From the NCBI GenBank assembly GCA_035606395.1, contig DATNFK010000007.1:69751-133750 (forward strand): a stretch of DNA of 64,000 nucleotides. The letters run 5' to 3'. This document shows positions 28,059 to 36,985 of this stretch, piece after piece. The DNA is from Terriglobales bacterium. GTDB lineage: Bacteria > Acidobacteriota > Terriglobia > Terriglobales > SCQP01. The notes beneath the pieces are model-generated. The model was not told the origin of the DNA, made no database searches, and was given only the letters and a program-made list of their open reading frames with translations. Position 1 is the first letter of the stretch, and the number at the start of each line of letters is the position of its first letter. The translations under genes and the position numbers were made by a program.

Positions 28059-29203
28059 TGCGCCTGGACTCCGCCGCCGGCGGCGGGCGGCTTGTTATCG
28101 CGGATCAGGACCTTGGCGCCATTGAACAGCGCCAACTGTCCGTCGGTGACCACCGTCTCGCCCGGGGAAAGCCCCTTTGAGACAACCGTCATGCCATTGA
28201 GCGCTGTGCTGGTCGTCACCGGCCGGCTCTCGACCGCGCCGTCGCCGTTGAGCACGTAGACATACATATCGTTTTGGCCGGTGAGAACGGCCGTGGTCGG
28301 CACCACAACCGCGTTGTTAGTGACGGAAAGCGTAACCTCGGTATTCACGTATTCGCCCGGCCACAGCCGCTGCCCGGAGTTGGGGAAGGTGCCCATGAGC
28401 TGAATGGTGCCGGTGGAACTGTCGATCGAATTATTGATGAATGAAAGCGAGCCGGTTTCGCTGGACGCGTCACCCTGCGCGGAGGCCACGACGGTGAGGG
28501 GGTGCTCGCCGTTGAAACGCTTGAGCTCGAGCAGGTACTGCTCGGGCACGGAGAAGGAGACGTAGATGGGCGAGATTTGGTTGATCGTCACCATGACAGT
28601 GGCGTTGGGCTGGATCACGTTGCCTGCCTGGACGAGGAGACTGCCGGTGCGTCCGTCAATCGGCGACGTGATCGTGCAGTAGCTAAGGTTGAGCTTCGCG
28701 GTTTCGACCGCGGCGCGATCGGCGGTGACGACTGAGTCGTCGGCGGCGGCGGTTGATTGCAACTGCTCGCTCTGCTCGGCGCTGACGATGCCCTGGCGGG
28801 CGAGGTCGGCGTAGCGCTTGGCCTCGGTTTGTGCCTGATTGTCGTTGGCGAGATCGCGCGCCAGGTTGGCGTCGGCCTGGGCCAGCGCCGCCTTGTAAGG
28901 CTGCGGATCAATGGTGAAAAGCACTTGACCTTTGTGGACGTCTTCACCCTGGGAGAAGCCGACGCTCTGCAGTTGGCCGCCGACGAGCGATTTCACCGAG
29001 ACGGTTGCCACCGCCTGGACGGAGCCGATGGCCTGCAATCGGGTGGGGACGTTGGCGGTGGTGACGCGCGCCACCGTGACCGGCACCGGCGCCAGCTCCG
29101 TGGGCTTGGGCGGCGCCTGTTTGCATCCAGCCAGCGCCAGGGCAGCCAGAAGCGCGCCAGCCGTGGCGCACAGCGGGAACAATTTCGCGGGAAGTTTATC
29201 CAT
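28055..29203 (-). CDS. RND efflux periplasmic adaptor (membrane fusion protein), lipoprotein
   Basis: Lipobox LLAALALAGC after MDKLPAKLF, then coiled-coil and beta-barrel MFP domains (ITSPIDGRTG, VVVPTTAV). The alternative start at 29257 is less likely. Confidence 0.88.
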   Translation of the reverse strand: MDKLPAKLFPLCATAGALLAALALAGCKQAPPKPTELAPVPVTVARVTTANVPTRLQAIGSVQAVATVSVKSLVGGQLQSVGFSQGEDVHKGQVLFTIDPQPYKAALAQADANLARDLANDNQAQTEAKRYADLARQGIVSAEQSEQLQSTAAADDSVVTADRAAVETAKLNLSYCTITSPIDGRTGSLLVQAGNVIQPNATVMVTINQISPIYVSFSVPEQYLLELKRFNGEHPLTVVASAQGDASSETGSLSFINNSIDSSTGTIQLMGTFPNSGQRLWPGEYVNTEVTLSVTNNAVVVPTTAVLTGQNDMYVYVLNGDGAVESRPVTTSTALNGMTVVSKGLSPGETVVTDGQLALFNGAKVLIRDNKPPAAGGGVQAQ

Positions 29204-29256
29204 AATCTGCAATCTAGACAGGTGGGGCGCTACAGCGGCCGCCAGTGCTGCTTGCA

Positions 29257-29280
29257 TTCTAGTCTGTATCCTTCTAGTCT
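29257..29280 (-). promoter_or_regulatory. Exact 9-bp direct repeat TTCTAGTCT (29257-29265 and 29272-29280) upstream of the RND operon; candidate operator or promoter element
   Basis: Read directly from the sequence. A third TCTAG lies at 29213-29217. The stretch is AT-richer than its surroundings. Function is inferred only from position. Confidence 0.25.
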
Positions 29281-29425
29281 ATCGCGACCATTAACGTCGA
29301 CAAAATGGGCGCCGGCGCTATGACGGAATCGGCAGCGCGGCGTGTGGGGGGGATGGCGTTCTACGCCTTCGCGGGCGCTCGTATTGGCGCGGCACTTCAG
29401 CGGGCCGACGCGACACGGGAAGGAA

Positions 29426-29502
29426 TGGTAGGCACGAGGAGACTCGAACTCCTGACCTCTACCGTGTCAAGGTAGCGCTCTAACCAACTGAGCTACGCGC
29501 CT
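29426..29502 (-). tRNA. tRNA-Val (anticodon GAC)
   Basis: Manual cloverleaf, 77 nt. Acceptor AGGCGCG/CGTGCCT with one G-U pair; D arm GCTC-AGTTGGTTA-GAGC; anticodon arm CTACC-TTGACAC-GGTAG; variable loop AGGTC; T arm AGGAG-TTCGAGT-CTCCT; discriminator A; CCA encoded. Confidence 0.93.
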
Positions 29503-29552
29503 ACAGAGGAAAACTCAGTTTAGCATTCTTTGGCCGGCGGGCCGGTGGTACT

Positions 29553-30533
29553 ATGCCCACGATGCTGGATGCAGGAAAGCGCCGAGCCGCGCTGTTGCGA
29601 TGGTACGTTCGCCATGGGCGGCGCCTGGCCTGGAGGGCGCAGCCGGGCGAGAGGGTGGATCCGTATCGGGTTTGGGTCTCGGAGATTATTTTGCAACAGA
29701 CGCGAGCCGCCGTGGCCGAGCGGTATTTTCGCAATTTTGTCGGGCGATTTCCCTCCGTCACTCAGCTCGCAACCGCGCCCGCCGAAACGGTGCTCGCGGC
29801 CTGGAGCGGTTTGGGCTACTACCAGCGGGCGCGCCGGCTGCACCGCGCGGCGCAAATGGTCGTCGCCGAACACGGTGGCAGGCTGCCACGGGAGCGGGCC
29901 GCGCTGCTGGCGCTGCCGGGCATTGGCGCGTATACCGCCGGCGCCATCCTTAGCATCGCCTTTGGCGAGCCGCTGACGGCGGTAGACGGCAACGCGGTGC
30001 GCATCGCCTCGCGACTCAGTGGACGCGGGCTGAGCATCCGCGATGCCGAGAAGGAAATTGCGACGTGGTTTTCGCTCCGGCATCCGGGCGATTTCAACCA
30101 AGCGCTTATGGACCTGGGGGCGACTGTTTGCACGCCACAAAGTCCCGATTGCGGGCGGTGCCCGCTGCGCCGTTACTGCCGCACTCGCGGTTCATTGCCG
30201 GCGAGTGGCAAGCGCAAAGCCGTCGCGGTTGAGTACGACTATCGCCTGAGCTTCCGGCGCAGGCAAGGCGAGCTTCGCGTCTGGCTGCGTCAGCGCCCGG
30301 CGGGGGCGCGGCAATTGGCGGAGATGTGGGAACTGCCCGCCGCGCGCGGCGGTAGCACGGTGCTGGCAACGATCCGGCACAGCATCACCAACCAGAAAAT
30401 TCAAGCCAATATTTACGCCGGCTCACCGAGCGGCGATGGCGCATGGTTCACCGAAGCGCAGGCTGCGGCCGCGCCACTTACCGGGCTGACGCGCAAGGCG
30501 CTGCGGCGGTTGGCCGGCTGGAAGCTTGATTAG
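29553..30533 (+). CDS. mutY: A/G-specific adenine DNA glycosylase
   Basis: HhH-GPD domain (PYRVWVSEIILQQT, GLGYYQRARRL, LPGIGAYTAGAI), the 4Fe-4S loop CTPQSPDCGRCPLRRYC, and a C-terminal NUDIX-like domain. Confidence 0.92.
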   Translation: MPTMLDAGKRRAALLRWYVRHGRRLAWRAQPGERVDPYRVWVSEIILQQTRAAVAERYFRNFVGRFPSVTQLATAPAETVLAAWSGLGYYQRARRLHRAAQMVVAEHGGRLPRERAALLALPGIGAYTAGAILSIAFGEPLTAVDGNAVRIASRLSGRGLSIRDAEKEIATWFSLRHPGDFNQALMDLGATVCTPQSPDCGRCPLRRYCRTRGSLPASGKRKAVAVEYDYRLSFRRRQGELRVWLRQRPAGARQLAEMWELPAARGGSTVLATIRHSITNQKIQANIYAGSPSGDGAWFTEAQAAAAPLTGLTRKALRRLAGWKLD

Positions 30534-31006
30534 ATTGACGACACCCGGCGGGGCGCGCGCTCCTCGGCTGTGAGGGCACGCAGCGAGCGCAGCAGGCGCG
30601 GAGCCGAACTGCGGCGACCGACGCCGGCGACCTGGCGGTATCGGATGACGCCCCCGGTGGTAAGTACCATCGCGCCGGCGCCGCCGGACGGGATTTCGTA
30701 AACCTTACCGACCGCGCCTCCCTGATCGCACAGAAAAACGAAAGGAAAACCGCGCTGGATTTGGAAGATGCGCAACTCGGGGAGAGGATCATTGGCAACC
30801 ACCACGATTTCCGTCGTTTGTTCAACGAAGTGGTCGTAATGCCGGAGCAGGCTCCACAACTGCCAGCGGGGACGGAGGCCGTACACGCTGGGTACGAAGA
30901 TTAAGACGGACGGGCCCAGGCGATGGAATTCACTCAGCCAGCGCATTCGCGCATCGGTGTCCGGCAGATTGAATTCCGAAGCGACCTCACCCACCATCGC
31001 CGACAT
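30530..31006 (-). CDS. AhpC/TSA (peroxiredoxin)-fold protein lacking the peroxidatic Cys
   Basis: The fold pattern FNLPD...LSEF...VLIFVP...VVVANDP...GFPFVFLCDQGGAVGKVYEI...MVLTTGGVIRY matches redoxins. The usual TxxC position reads GLRPRW. Confidence 0.6.
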   Translation of the reverse strand: MSAMVGEVASEFNLPDTDARMRWLSEFHRLGPSVLIFVPSVYGLRPRWQLWSLLRHYDHFVEQTTEIVVVANDPLPELRIFQIQRGFPFVFLCDQGGAVGKVYEIPSGGAGAMVLTTGGVIRYRQVAGVGRRSSAPRLLRSLRALTAEERAPRRVSSI

Positions 31007-31015
31007 GAGTCCATT

Positions 31016-33097
31016 TTAACGCCGGTCCAGAGCTGCTGCGAGTTCCTCCGGATCGTGAATGGGAAGCTGACAGGTGTAATCCTCACAGAGAAATACAGCG
31101 GCTCGCGTGGAGAGTTCCTCCGGCGCTCGCATGACCGAGTAGCCGGGCAAAAAGCGCAGCCGTAATTGGGCTAGAAGCAGCGCGGTGTCGGGCGCGTCCA
31201 GTTTGCCGGCGAGCATTAACCGGCGCGGGGGAGCGGAAGCGACCTCGAGGGTCGAGGCCAAAAGTGGCACCGCTTCCGGGATCTGTTCCAGGCGGGAGGC
31301 GAAGCTAGACAGAGTGGCCTCGGCGCGCGTTCGAAATCCGTCGTCCTCAAACCAGATGGCCAAGCGCAGCAGGTTGGAGACCGAAACAGAGCTGGCGGAA
31401 GGCTCGGCACCGTCGTACTCTTCGCGCAAACGCAGAAAGATGCGCGAATCGGCTTGGCTGGCGTAGTAGCCGCCGCCTGGCGCGGCGAACAAGGCGTCCT
31501 GGCGGTGTTGGAGTTGGCGTGCCCATTCCATCCAAACGGGGTCGAAGTCGGCCTGATGCAGATCGAGCAGGCCGTGGATCAGGAATGCATAATCTTCGCT
31601 GAAGGCTTCGACGCCATCGGCTCCGGGTTGACGGTCACGGCGATACAACGTCTGTGTTGCCGCATGCCAGTGCTGGGAGCGCAGCAGGTGCGCGGCCCGC
31701 TGGGCGGCCGCGAGCCACACCGGCACGTTGAGCGCGGCGGCGCCCAGCGCCAGGGCGGAAATCATAAGGCCGTTCCAGGCGGTGAGGATCTTGTCATCGA
31801 GCGGCGGATGGGGACGGCGCCGGCGAATGTTATACAGTTGCGCGCGCGCGGCATGGAACGGCGCGAGTTCGTCCGGCGCCGGCTCGGCTGCGCGAAAGAG
31901 AATATTTTTGCCAGTGAACTCACCGTGCGGGTCAAGGTAGGAGGGGACGTTACCCGCCGGTTCGATGCCCAGCGTTTTGCGGATGACATCGGCCGCCTGA
32001 GGCGGCAGTTCGCGAGCGAGGTCGTCGTCGACCCAGAGGTAAAAAGCGCCCTCGCCTTCGCGCGGCCCGGCCGCGCTTTGGTGTTCGGTTGGAATGGGGC
32101 TATCGGCGTCGAGGGCAGAGTAAAACCCGCCCTCCGGACTTGTCATCTCGGTAAGTACAAAGTCTAGAGTTGTGCGCGCGGTGTCGGCTAAGTCGTCGGC
32201 ATGCGTGAGTTGCCAGGCTTCCAGAAAGGAGACGGCAAGTTGCGCTTGGTCGTAGAGCATTTTTTCGAAGTGGGGTACGCGCCAACCGGCGTCGGTAGCG
32301 TAGCGGTGAAACCCGCCGCCGATCTGGTCGTGCACGCCACCGGCGGCCATGGCGCGCAGGCTGTTGACGACCATGGCGCTGGCGTGCAGGCCGACTTCGG
32401 AATCGCGGTGAAGCTGGGCATACCGGAGCAAGAAGCCCAGGCTCACGGGGCGGGGAAACTTGGGGGCTCCTCCAAAGCCGCCATGCTCGGCATCATAGCT
32501 GGCCCCCAGTTGGGCCGCCAGCTTGTCCCAAACGGCGGCGAGACTCGGAAGCGCAGGCGAGGCGCCGGAACCTGGGCGCGGGCTGAGCATGTGAGTCAGT
32601 TGGCTGCTGACATCGTTGGCGGTCGCGAGCAGGCGGGCGCGGTCATTTTTCCACGCCTGACTAATCGCCGCCAGAAGCCTGGCAAAGCTGGGAACGCCGT
32701 GGGCGTCACGGGGCGGAAAATATGTCCCGCCATAGAACGGCAGCAGGGCGGGCGTGAGAAAGGCGGTGAGCGGCCAGCCGCCGGAACCGGTCGTGGCCTG
32801 GACGTAGGCCATGTAGACACGGTCCACGTCGGGACGCTCCTCGCGGTCAACCTTGATCGAAACAAAATCCTGATTCAGCCGCTCGGCCAGGATGGCATCG
32901 GCGAACGACTCGCGTTCCATGACGTGACACCAGTGGCAGGTGTAATAGCCGATCGAAAGAAAAATGGGCTTATCTTCAGCCACTGCGCGGGCAAACGCGG
33001 CTTCACCCCAGGGATACCAATCCACGGGGTTGAAGGCGTGCAAGCGCAGGTAGGGGCTGGCCTCGTTGATCAACCGATTGGCTTCGTGGTTTCGCAT
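31016..33097 (-). CDS. Thioredoxin-domain protein of the DUF255/YyaL family (N-terminal Trx fold plus six-hairpin glycosidase-like domain)
   Basis: [22 protein letters not shown]-type N-terminus, [21 protein letters not shown] (CxxC), [13 protein letters not shown], and [10 protein letters not shown]. Confidence 0.9.
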   Translation of the reverse strand: MRNHEANRLINEASPYLRLHAFNPVDWYPWGEAAFARAVAEDKPIFLSIGYYTCHWCHVMERESFADAILAERLNQDFVSIKVDREERPDVDRVYMAYVQATTGSGGWPLTAFLTPALLPFYGGTYFPPRDAHGVPSFARLLAAISQAWKNDRARLLATANDVSSQLTHMLSPRPGSGASPALPSLAAVWDKLAAQLGASYDAEHGGFGGAPKFPRPVSLGFLLRYAQLHRDSEVGLHASAMVVNSLRAMAAGGVHDQIGGGFHRYATDAGWRVPHFEKMLYDQAQLAVSFLEAWQLTHADDLADTARTTLDFVLTEMTSPEGGFYSALDADSPIPTEHQSAAGPREGEGAFYLWVDDDLARELPPQAADVIRKTLGIEPAGNVPSYLDPHGEFTGKNILFRAAEPAPDELAPFHAARAQLYNIRRRRPHPPLDDKILTAWNGLMISALALGAAALNVPVWLAAAQRAAHLLRSQHWHAATQTLYRRDRQPGADGVEAFSEDYAFLIHGLLDLHQADFDPVWMEWARQLQHRQDALFAAPGGGYYASQADSRIFLRLREEYDGAEPSASSVSVSNLLRLAIWFEDDGFRTRAEATLSSFASRLEQIPEAVPLLASTLEVASAPPRRLMLAGKLDAPDTALLLAQLRLRFLPGYSVMRAPEELSTRAAVFLCEDYTCQLPIHDPEELAAALDRR

Positions 33098-33206
33098 AGG
33101 GAACTGCCTTTAGTCTGGCAGATAAGCCTCAATTGGGAGTGCGCCGTTGAAGACCAATGAGCCGGACGGCCAACGAAGTGCGGCGTGTTTACGTCAGAGT
33201 GCTGAT

Positions 33207-34427
33207 ATGATTCACGCTGCTCCCGCTTCCCTCCGAGAGTTCGCCGCGGCGTTTGCACCCGCGCTGGCACCCGAACCTTGCCGGCTGCACGGGGAGTGGG
33301 TAGCGGCTGCGCATCTGCGAGATTACGTGCCCGCGTGGCGGGAATCGCACCTGCGCTGGTGCGGAGGTGATTTACAGGCAAACCCGGAGTGGTGCCTGGC
33401 GCTTAATGAAGTTTACCCGGGAGCGGTGCGGCTGATTGTGCTGCGCGACGGCGGCAGCATTGTGGCGGCCATCCCGATGCTGCTGCGCCGCACCGAGATG
33501 GATTGTCAACTTGGTGAGTTGCGTGTGCTGCGGTTTCGGCCGCGCGTGCTGCTGCCCGCCGGGGCAACGTTGGCGCTGCCGCCTGGGGAGGCGGCGTTTC
33601 GTGCGTTTTGCCGGGCGCTTGATCAATATCGCGGCGAGTTCGACGTGTTGCGCATATCCGACAGCGTCGCTTCACCTCTGTGGCCTGCCTTGGCATCGGC
33701 GGCGTTTGCGCGGCTCGGATTGCGCAGATATGAGCCCGAGCCGCCGACGCCCCACCATTTGATCCGCATGCCCAAAACCATGACTGAGTATCTATCCAAG
33801 TTCACCTCCAAGACCCGCAAGAATCGGCTGCGTGAGGTCAAACACCTGGAAGAGCAAGGCACGGTCGAGCTGAGATGTGTAAGCCGGCTGGAAGAGATCG
33901 ACTCATTTCTGGAATTGGCCAATGGCATTTCGCGCAGCTCCTATCAGCACCGCCTGCTGGGTGTGGGGCTGCGAGCCCCGGCACAGCTCCGCCGCCGGCT
34001 CGAGGTAGCCGCCATCCAGGGCTGGCTGCGCTCGTATCTACTGCTGGTTAACCACGTTGCCTGCTCGTTCATGCTGGGGTACCAGTACGAGGGCTGCTAC
34101 TGCTACACCAAGGTCGGCTATGCTCCTGAATTTGCCAAATTTTCGGTAGGCTCGGTATTGCAGTTAATGGTGTTGCAGGATCTTTTTAATCGCGACACGC
34201 CGGAGCTATTCGACCTTGGCACCCACGGCCCCCAAAAGCAGTACTTCGGCAACGACCAATACGATGCCCGCAGTGCTTTCTTCTTTAGCCCGGGGCTGTA
34301 TCCCTGGGCGGTGCGCAACGCTCAGCGTGGGAGTCGTTGGCTGTCGGCCAGTGCGGGCGCGGCGCTCGAGTCCTGGAATCTCAAGCCGAAAGTGCAGCGC
34401 CTCATTCGGCAGATTACCGCTTCTTAG
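33207..34427 (+). CDS. GNAT-fold acetyltransferase of the CelD/BcsL (Acetyltransf_6, FemAB-like) type
   Basis: C-terminal pattern YLSKFTSKTRKNRLREVKHLE...SYLLLVNHVACSFMLGYQYEGCYCYTKVGYAPEFAKFSVGSVL. I prefer the ATG at 33207 over the TTG at 33147. Confidence 0.72.
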   Translation: MIHAAPASLREFAAAFAPALAPEPCRLHGEWVAAAHLRDYVPAWRESHLRWCGGDLQANPEWCLALNEVYPGAVRLIVLRDGGSIVAAIPMLLRRTEMDCQLGELRVLRFRPRVLLPAGATLALPPGEAAFRAFCRALDQYRGEFDVLRISDSVASPLWPALASAAFARLGLRRYEPEPPTPHHLIRMPKTMTEYLSKFTSKTRKNRLREVKHLEEQGTVELRCVSRLEEIDSFLELANGISRSSYQHRLLGVGLRAPAQLRRRLEVAAIQGWLRSYLLLVNHVACSFMLGYQYEGCYCYTKVGYAPEFAKFSVGSVLQLMVLQDLFNRDTPELFDLGTHGPQKQYFGNDQYDARSAFFFSPGLYPWAVRNAQRGSRWLSASAGAALESWNLKPKVQRLIRQITAS

Positions 34428-35943
34428 GAGCGAAGGCAGCATTGAGCGCGCCGCTGAGCACCAGGCTTTGGGCGCGCGCCATATCGCCGGATTGGACGCG
34501 GTCGGCCAGTAACGGGGCAATCTCAGCCTGGGCGCGTGCCAGCGCCAATTGCAAACGGCGGCCGGGGCGCAGGGGCACCAAATGCGCGAGGGCATGGATA
34601 GCGGCGATCAATTCAATACCGAGCACATGCGCGGTGTTGGCGACCACCTGTTGCAATTTAAGCGCGGCACCCATGCCCATAGAAACGTAGTCTTCCTTGT
34701 TGGCCGAGGTGGGCACTGAGTCAACCGATGCGGGGTGGGCGAGCACGCGATTCTCCGCCACTAATGCCGCGGCCGTTACTTGCGCCATCATGAGGCCGGA
34801 GTGCAAGCCGGGGTCGGGCGCAAGAAACGCCGGGAGTGACTCGCTGAGCGCGGGGTTGACCAGCCGTTCGACGCGCCGTTCGCTGATGCCGGCGAGCGAG
34901 GCCAACACAATGGCTACGTAATCAAGAGCAAACGCCAATGGCTCGCCGTGGAAGTTGCCCCCGCTCAGTACCTCGCCGCCGTTGGGCGTGGCGAATACCA
35001 GCGGATTGTCAACGGCGGCATTGGCTTCAGCCTCGAAGGTTGCGCGAACGAATGCCAAGGTGTCGCGCACGGCGCCGTGGACCTGGGGCATGCAGCGCAG
35101 AGAGTAAGCATCTTGAACGCGACCGCAGTGCAGGTGGGAGCGCCGAATCTGGCTGCCGGCAATGAGCGAGCGCAGCCGGGCGGCGGAAATCTTTTGGCCC
35201 TGCTGGCCGCGAACATCCTGCAATCGCGCGTCGAAGGCGACCGGGGTGCCGCGCAGCGCTTCCAGCGACATTGCTCCCACCACTTCGGCCGACTCGACCA
35301 GGCGCTCGGCGGCAAGCAGGCTTAAGATGCCGGCGGCGAGCATGGCTTGGGTGCCGTTGAGAAGCGAAAGGCCTTCCTTGGCCTCGAGCAGAAGCGGGCG
35401 CAGTCCGGTTTGGCGCAGCGCGACTGCACCCGGCATGCGCTTGCCGCCGACCTCGGCTTCGCCCTCTCCGATCAACACCAGCGCCAAATGCGCGAGCGGG
35501 GCCAAATCGCCGCTGGCGCCGACCGAGCCCTGACTGGGCACGATGGGATGCACACCGCGATTGAGCAGCGCGCACAGCGCCTCAACGACTTTCGGTCGCA
35601 CACCGGAATATCCCTTGGCGAGGGAGTTGGCGCGCAGAAGCAGCATGGCGCGCACCACCGGAGTCGCGAGTGGCGCGCCCACGCCGCAGGCATGGCTACG
35701 GACCAAGTTCACCTGCAATGCGCGGATACTGCCAGGCGGAATGCGTACATCGCTGAGGCGTCCGAGGCCGGTATTGATACCGTAGGCGGGAGCGTCAAGG
35801 GCAAGCGCGCGCTCGACCACGTGGCGCGAGGCGCGGAGCCGGGGCAGGGAACTGGGAGCGAGGCGGACCCTGGCGTTGCCGTGGGCGACGGTCTCGACCT
35901 TTTCCAATGACAGCCCCGAACCCTTGATTACGACAGTGTTCAT
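34414..35943 (-). CDS. hutH: Histidine ammonia-lyase
   Basis: MIO-forming GSVGASGDLAPLAHL, YGINTGLGRLSDVRI, and the HAL-type selectivity dipeptide in NLVRSHACGVG. The start is the internal ATG at 35943, which overlaps the upstream TGA (ATGA). Confidence 0.88.
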   Translation of the reverse strand: MNTVVIKGSGLSLEKVETVAHGNARVRLAPSSLPRLRASRHVVERALALDAPAYGINTGLGRLSDVRIPPGSIRALQVNLVRSHACGVGAPLATPVVRAMLLLRANSLAKGYSGVRPKVVEALCALLNRGVHPIVPSQGSVGASGDLAPLAHLALVLIGEGEAEVGGKRMPGAVALRQTGLRPLLLEAKEGLSLLNGTQAMLAAGILSLLAAERLVESAEVVGAMSLEALRGTPVAFDARLQDVRGQQGQKISAARLRSLIAGSQIRRSHLHCGRVQDAYSLRCMPQVHGAVRDTLAFVRATFEAEANAAVDNPLVFATPNGGEVLSGGNFHGEPLAFALDYVAIVLASLAGISERRVERLVNPALSESLPAFLAPDPGLHSGLMMAQVTAAALVAENRVLAHPASVDSVPTSANKEDYVSMGMGAALKLQQVVANTAHVLGIELIAAIHALAHLVPLRPGRRLQLALARAQAEIAPLLADRVQSGDMARAQSLVLSGALNAAFAPKKR

Positions 35944-36371
35944 GCCGTTTCGACTCCCAGTTGGGATTGGTATTTCTCGGGCAGCGGGCAGGCCTCGAAA
36001 TTGCGATCGATGCACACGTGGACGGTTTCACCTTCGGCCAGCAATAAACCATCCTGGGCGCGGACGGCCTCGTAGGCGAAGTGCACAATGCTGCCGCGCT
36101 GGCGTGAAACGCGGGTTCGGATCGTGATGACGTCATCGTAGCGCGCGGGCGCCTTATAGCGGCAGCGGGCGTCGACGACGGCGATTTTGCAATCGTCGTT
36201 TTTTTCCATGTCGCGATAGGAGATGCCGCGGGCGCGCAGATGCTCGACGCGCCCTACTTCAAACCAGATGAAATAGTTGGCGTAGTAGACCACTCCCATC
36301 TGGTCGGTCTCGGCGTAGCGGACCCGTACCCGGGTCTCACTCCAAGCGGCGGCGTTCGCGGCGGCGGTCAT
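35940..36371 (-). CDS. Acyl-CoA thioesterase, YbgC/4HBT family
   Basis: VRVRYAETDQMGVVYYANYFIWFEVGRVEHLR carries the catalytic Asp context of the hotdog fold. The start is the ATG at 36371, which overlaps the kdsC TGA (ATGA). Confidence 0.85.
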   Translation of the reverse strand: MTAAANAAAWSETRVRVRYAETDQMGVVYYANYFIWFEVGRVEHLRARGISYRDMEKNDDCKIAVVDARCRYKAPARYDDVITIRTRVSRQRGSIVHFAYEAVRAQDGLLLAEGETVHVCIDRNFEACPLPEKYQSQLGVETA

Positions 36372-36985
36372 CGCGCCGCCTCGGCGGCGGCGGTTCCGGC
36401 GTAGTCGGATTCGGGCGCGGTCAAATACTGTTGCAACGTTTTCTCCCAAATTCCCTTGGCAACGAGGATGAATTCGATCAAGTCGCGGGCCGCGCCCTCG
36501 CCGCCGGAATGGGCGGAAACAAAATGGGCGGCGGCGCGGATCTCGGGCCGCGCGTTGGCGGGAGCGGCGGCGAGGCCAGAGTGTTCAAGCATGGGTAGAT
36601 CCACGATATCGTCGCCCATGGCACAGGTTTGGCGCGGACCCAAGCCGCTTTCCTTCCAGATGGCCTGCAGCGCATCGTATTTACGGTCGACGCCCTGGTG
36701 CACGAAATTAAGGCGCAAGTCGCGGGCGCGGCGCTCGACCGAGAGCGAGCGGCGCTTGGTGACGATGCCGGTCTGTAATCCGGCGCGGCGCGCCAGGCCA
36801 ATGCCGATTCCATCGTGAGCGCTGAAGCCCTTGACCTCAACAAGGCCGGACTCGCTGGTGGGAAAATACCAGAGCCGCCCGTCCGTGAGCACGCCGTCAA
36901 CGTCGAACAGCACCAATTCAATAGCGCGTGCGCGGGCTACGGCGTCGGGCGTTGTCAGGTGTTTCAAAACAGTTGCGTCGTCCAT
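36368..36985 (-). CDS. kdsC: 3-deoxy-D-manno-octulosonate 8-phosphate phosphatase (HAD family)
   Basis: LVLFDVDGVLTDGRLWY, FSAHDGIGI and CAMGDDIVDLPML...GGEGAARDLIEFIL. It overlaps the kdsD 3' end by 22 nt. Confidence 0.85.
   Translation of the reverse strand: MDDATVLKHLTTPDAVARARAIELVLFDVDGVLTDGRLWYFPTSESGLVEVKGFSAHDGIGIGLARRAGLQTGIVTKRRSLSVERRARDLRLNFVHQGVDRKYDALQAIWKESGLGPRQTCAMGDDIVDLPMLEHSGLAAAPANARPEIRAAAHFVSAHSGGEGAARDLIEFILVAKGIWEKTLQQYLTAPESDYAGTAAAEAAR

Noticed and set aside
29304-29474. Small plus-strand ORF (MGAGAMTESAARRVGG...) in the RND/tRNA intergenic region.
   Set aside because: It runs into and overlaps the tRNA-Val gene on the opposite strand. It has no SD and no recognisable features, so it is most likely spurious.
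29204-29552. Possible genomic island or prophage integration at tRNA-Val.
   Set aside because: There is no integrase, excisionase or transposase on either side. I saw no duplicated tRNA 3' fragment (att-like repeat). The flanking genes (an RND pump and mutY) are ordinary chromosomal genes of the same composition.
34414-35943. The ammonia-lyase as a tyrosine or phenylalanine ammonia-lyase feeding a pigment or aryl-polyene-type pathway (given the adjacent thioesterase).
   Set aside because: The substrate-selectivity position reads Ser-His (LVRSHACGVG), as in histidine ammonia-lyases, not His-Leu (TAL) or Phe-Leu (PAL). There is no CoA ligase, KS or ACP gene nearby.
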